Positions 52,327 to 54,662 of a stretch of 54,662 bases of DNA are shown here, piece after piece (positions within the stretch are counted from its first letter, which is position 1; each line of letters starts with the position of its first letter). This stretch comes from an uncultured Thermoleophilia bacterium (GTDB taxonomy: Bacteria; Actinomycetota; Thermoleophilia; UBA2241), in assembly GCA_964545565.1 (NCBI GenBank), contig CAZJGT010000002.1, positions 1 through 54,662 of the forward strand. Reading direction: 5' to 3'. The notes under the pieces are model-generated. The model made no database searches. It worked only from the letters and a program-made list of their open reading frames with translations, and was not told the origin of the DNA. Position numbers and translations under genes: made by a program.

Positions 52327-54117
52327 GTGGAACGCCAGCTCTTCTTCTCCGGAAACGAGGCGATCGCCCACGGCGCCGTGCGCGCCGGGGCGCGTTTTGC
52401 ATGCGGGTATCCCGGCACGCCCTCCACGGAGATCATCGAGACGACGGCACGCCTCGAGGGCATCCACAGCGAGTGGTGCGTCAACGAGAAGGTCGCCCTC
52501 GAGACCGCGGTCGGCGCGTCGCTCGCCGGGGTGCGCAGCATCGTGACCATGAAGCACGTGGGCCTCAACGTCGCCGCCGACCCGTTCATGACGCTCTCCC
52601 TCACTGGGGTCAACGCGGGGCTCGTGGTCATCAGCGCCGACGACCCCGGCATGCACTCGTCCCAGAACGAGCAGGACAACCGCAACTACGCGGCGTTCGC
52701 CAAGGTGCCCATGCTCGAGCCCTCCGACAGCCAGGAGGCCTACGACTTCGTGGCCGAGGCGTTCGCCCTGTCGGAGGAGTTCGACACGCCGGTGCTCCTG
52801 CGCACCACCACGCGCATCTCCCACGGGCGCGGCCAGGTGCTCCCTCGGGTCCCGGTGCAGACGCCGCCGCGCGAGTACGAACGGGACATCGGCAAGTACG
52901 TCATGGTCCCGCAGTACGCGCGGCGGCGGAACCGGCTGGTCTGGGAGCGCCTCGAGAGGCTGCGCCGGCGCGCCGATGAGAGCCCGCTCAACGTGCTCGA
53001 GGCGGGTACCTCGGACTTCGGCATCATCGCCTCGGGCGTCGCCTACGCTTACGCGCGGGAGGCGTTCCCGAAGGCCTGGTTTCTCAAGCTGGGCCTCTCG
53101 CACCCGCTGCCGTACGCCAAGGTCACGCGCCTGTACGAGCACGTCTCACGCGTGGCCGTCGTGGAGGAGCTCGACCCGTTTCTCGAGGATCAGGTACGGG
53201 CGCTCGGTCTGCCGGTGATCGGCAAGGAGGCCATCCCCGCAGACGGCGAACTCGACCAGGAGATCGTCTTCCGGGCCCTGGAGCCGCACCTGCTGCGCAA
53301 GCCGCCACGGCGCCGGCGTCCGGTGCTGCCGCCGGCGCCGCACATCTCGGATCCCCCACAGCCTGACGCGGGTCTGCCGGTCCGGCCGCCGGTCCTCTGC
53401 CCGGGGTGCTCGCATCGCTCCGTGTATGCGGCCCTCCGTCGCCGTAAGCTTGCGCCCATGGGCGACATCGGCTGCTACACGCTCGGCGCCCTGCCGCCAC
53501 TGCTGGCGCTCGACAGCTGTCTGTGCATGGGTGCCAGCCTCGGCATGATGGCGGGCTTCAACAAGGCGCTCGGGCGCAAGGCGGCAGTCGCCGTGATCGG
53601 CGACTCCACCTTCTTCCACTCCGGCATCACGCCGCTCATCGACGCCTTCTACAACCAGGTCGAGGGCATGGTGATGGTGCTCGACAACCGCACGACGGCG
53701 ATGACCGGACACCAGGGGCATCCGGGCACGGGACTGCGCCCGGACGGCAGCCAGGGCCCCGTCGTCGACATCCAGAGGCTCTGCGAGGGCATCGGCGTGC
53801 GCTGCGTCACCGTCGACGCCGGCGACCACACGGCGCTCGACGCCGCCGTCAAGGCCGAGGCCGACGCGTCCGGCCTCGGCGTCATCGTCGCCCAGGCGCC
53901 GTGTGTCCTCATGGAGCGGGGCGAGCTGCGCGAGGTCGAGGTGGACGAGGAGCGCTGCAACCTGTGCGGGCTGTGCGTCGACCTGGGCTGCCCGGCGCTT
54001 GCTCTCGGCGAGGGAGCCGTGACCATCACCGACACCTGCACCGGTTGCGGCCTCTGCATCGAGGTGTGCCGGCGCGGCGCCCTCAGCTTCGCCGGCGCCG
54101 CCGGAGACGCGCCGTGA
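52327..54117 (+). CDS. iorA: Indolepyruvate:ferredoxin oxidoreductase, alpha subunit
   Basis: 596-aa ORF with a GTG start. TPP-enzyme N-terminus (GNEAIAHGAVRAG...GYPGTPSTEI), a GDSTFFHSG TPP motif, and C-terminal 2x CxxCxxCxxxC ferredoxin motifs. Confidence 0.9.
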   Translation: MERQLFFSGNEAIAHGAVRAGARFACGYPGTPSTEIIETTARLEGIHSEWCVNEKVALETAVGASLAGVRSIVTMKHVGLNVAADPFMTLSLTGVNAGLVVISADDPGMHSSQNEQDNRNYAAFAKVPMLEPSDSQEAYDFVAEAFALSEEFDTPVLLRTTTRISHGRGQVLPRVPVQTPPREYERDIGKYVMVPQYARRRNRLVWERLERLRRRADESPLNVLEAGTSDFGIIASGVAYAYAREAFPKAWFLKLGLSHPLPYAKVTRLYEHVSRVAVVEELDPFLEDQVRALGLPVIGKEAIPADGELDQEIVFRALEPHLLRKPPRRRRPVLPPAPHISDPPQPDAGLPVRPPVLCPGCSHRSVYAALRRRKLAPMGDIGCYTLGALPPLLALDSCLCMGASLGMMAGFNKALGRKAAVAVIGDSTFFHSGITPLIDAFYNQVEGMVMVLDNRTTAMTGHQGHPGTGLRPDGSQGPVVDIQRLCEGIGVRCVTVDAGDHTALDAAVKAEADASGLGVIVAQAPCVLMERGELREVEVDEERCNLCGLCVDLGCPALALGEGAVTITDTCTGCGLCIEVCRRGALSFAGAAGDAP

Positions 54118-54662
54118 ACGGCGCCACCACCGTCTCTCTCGTGGGGGTGGGAGGCCAGGGGATCCTGCTCGGCGCGGCCATCCTCGCGTCGACCGCGGCT
54201 GCCGCCGGCTATGAAGTCAAGGCCAGCGAGGTCAAGGGCATGGCCCAGCGCGGCGGGAGCGTGCTGAGCACCGTGCGCTTCGGCGAGCACGTCTGGTCGC
54301 CGGTCGCGCCCCACGCCGACGTGGTCGTGGCCACGGAGGTCCTCGAGGGCATCCGCGGCCTCGGTCTCCTTGGTGGGCGCGGAACGCTCGTCTGCGCGGC
54401 CACCACGCGCATCACGCCGGGGAGTGTGCTGCGCCGCGAGGACGCGTACCCGGACGATCTCGCCGCGGCCGCCGCGCTCCGCGGCGTCCGTCTGCTCGCT
54501 CTGGACGCCGAGGGGGTCGCCCGGGCGGCCGGGTCGGCGCGCGCCCTCAACGTCGCACTGCTCGGCGCCGCCTCCGTCGTCCTTCCATTCGGAGAGGACC
54601 GCTGGCGCCGCGGCCTCGAGGCCGCGGTGCCCACGAAGATCCTCGCAGCCAATCTGCGCGCG
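54114..54662 (+). CDS. iorB: Indolepyruvate:ferredoxin oxidoreductase, beta subunit (3' end outside the window)
   Basis: Not in the track because there is no stop within the window. GTG 54114 overlaps the IorA stop (GTGA). My own translation reads VNGATTVSLVGVGGQGILLGAAIL...EVKGMAQRGGSVLSTVRFG..., and the frame is open to the window end. Confidence 0.8.
   Translation, partial: MNGATTVSLVGVGGQGILLGAAILASTAAAAGYEVKASEVKGMAQRGGSVLSTVRFGEHVWSPVAPHADVVVATEVLEGIRGLGLLGGRGTLVCAATTRITPGSVLRREDAYPDDLAAAAALRGVRLLALDAEGVARAAGSARALNVALLGAASVVLPFGEDRWRRGLEAAVPTKILAANLRA

Noticed and set aside
1-54662. Search for CRISPR arrays, tRNA/rRNA/tmRNA/RNase P/SRP RNA, IS elements, integrases, toxin-antitoxin pairs, restriction-modification and other known defence modules
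   Set aside because: I saw no regularly spaced direct repeats, no T-loop-like GGTTCGAATCC contexts with acceptor stems, and no transposase, recombinase, helicase or nuclease signatures apart from the EEP-family and UDG-like genes already described.

Overview
High-G+C (roughly 70% by eye) bacterial chromosomal segment. Gene content and GGAGG-type ribosome-binding sites look Actinobacteria-like, but that is inference only. I support about 58 protein-coding genes on both strands. They are densely packed and many are translationally coupled through ATGA, GTGA or TGATG overlaps. I recognised no rRNA, tRNA, CRISPR array, transposase, integrase or obvious defence nuclease. The content is mostly metabolism, transport, envelope and signalling:
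- a non-pyrrolysine MttB-family methyltransferase, pirin, and several hydrolases (EEP, MBL, YfcE, YjbQ);
- a K+ channel, MFS, EamA and TauE transporters;
- an NAD salvage pair (NAPRT and PncA), GalE, a secreted M6 metalloprotease, TlpA and CcdA, and a YdiJ-like FAD/Fe-S oxidase;
- a MarR-MFS pair, rhomboid, a PHP histidinol phosphatase, a lipid kinase and IorAB.

The regions most worth a second look are:
1. Two tandemly duplicated MBOAT + membrane-anchored SGNH hydrolase modules, plus a third orphan SGNH paralogue (12.2-20.9 kb).
2. A catalytically dead CbiA/CobB-like protein paired with a GT-C-like polytopic membrane protein (29.2-32.3 kb). It is transcribed divergently from a histidine kinase / receiver / Cys-rich micro-protein / GGDEF operon.
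3. A decayed junction at 9.4-10.8 kb. It holds a 5'-truncated reductase gene, a Zn-ribbon gene whose SD and start codon sit in the wrong frame, and a membrane ORF interrupted by an in-frame TAG.
4. A degenerate-GGDEF / 99-aa / Roadblock-LC7 / atypical UDG-like gene string with no partner GTPase (49.8-52.1 kb).

All family assignments are by-eye motif recognition; no database search was run. Most long ORFs in the six-frame track that overlap these genes are artefacts of high G+C.
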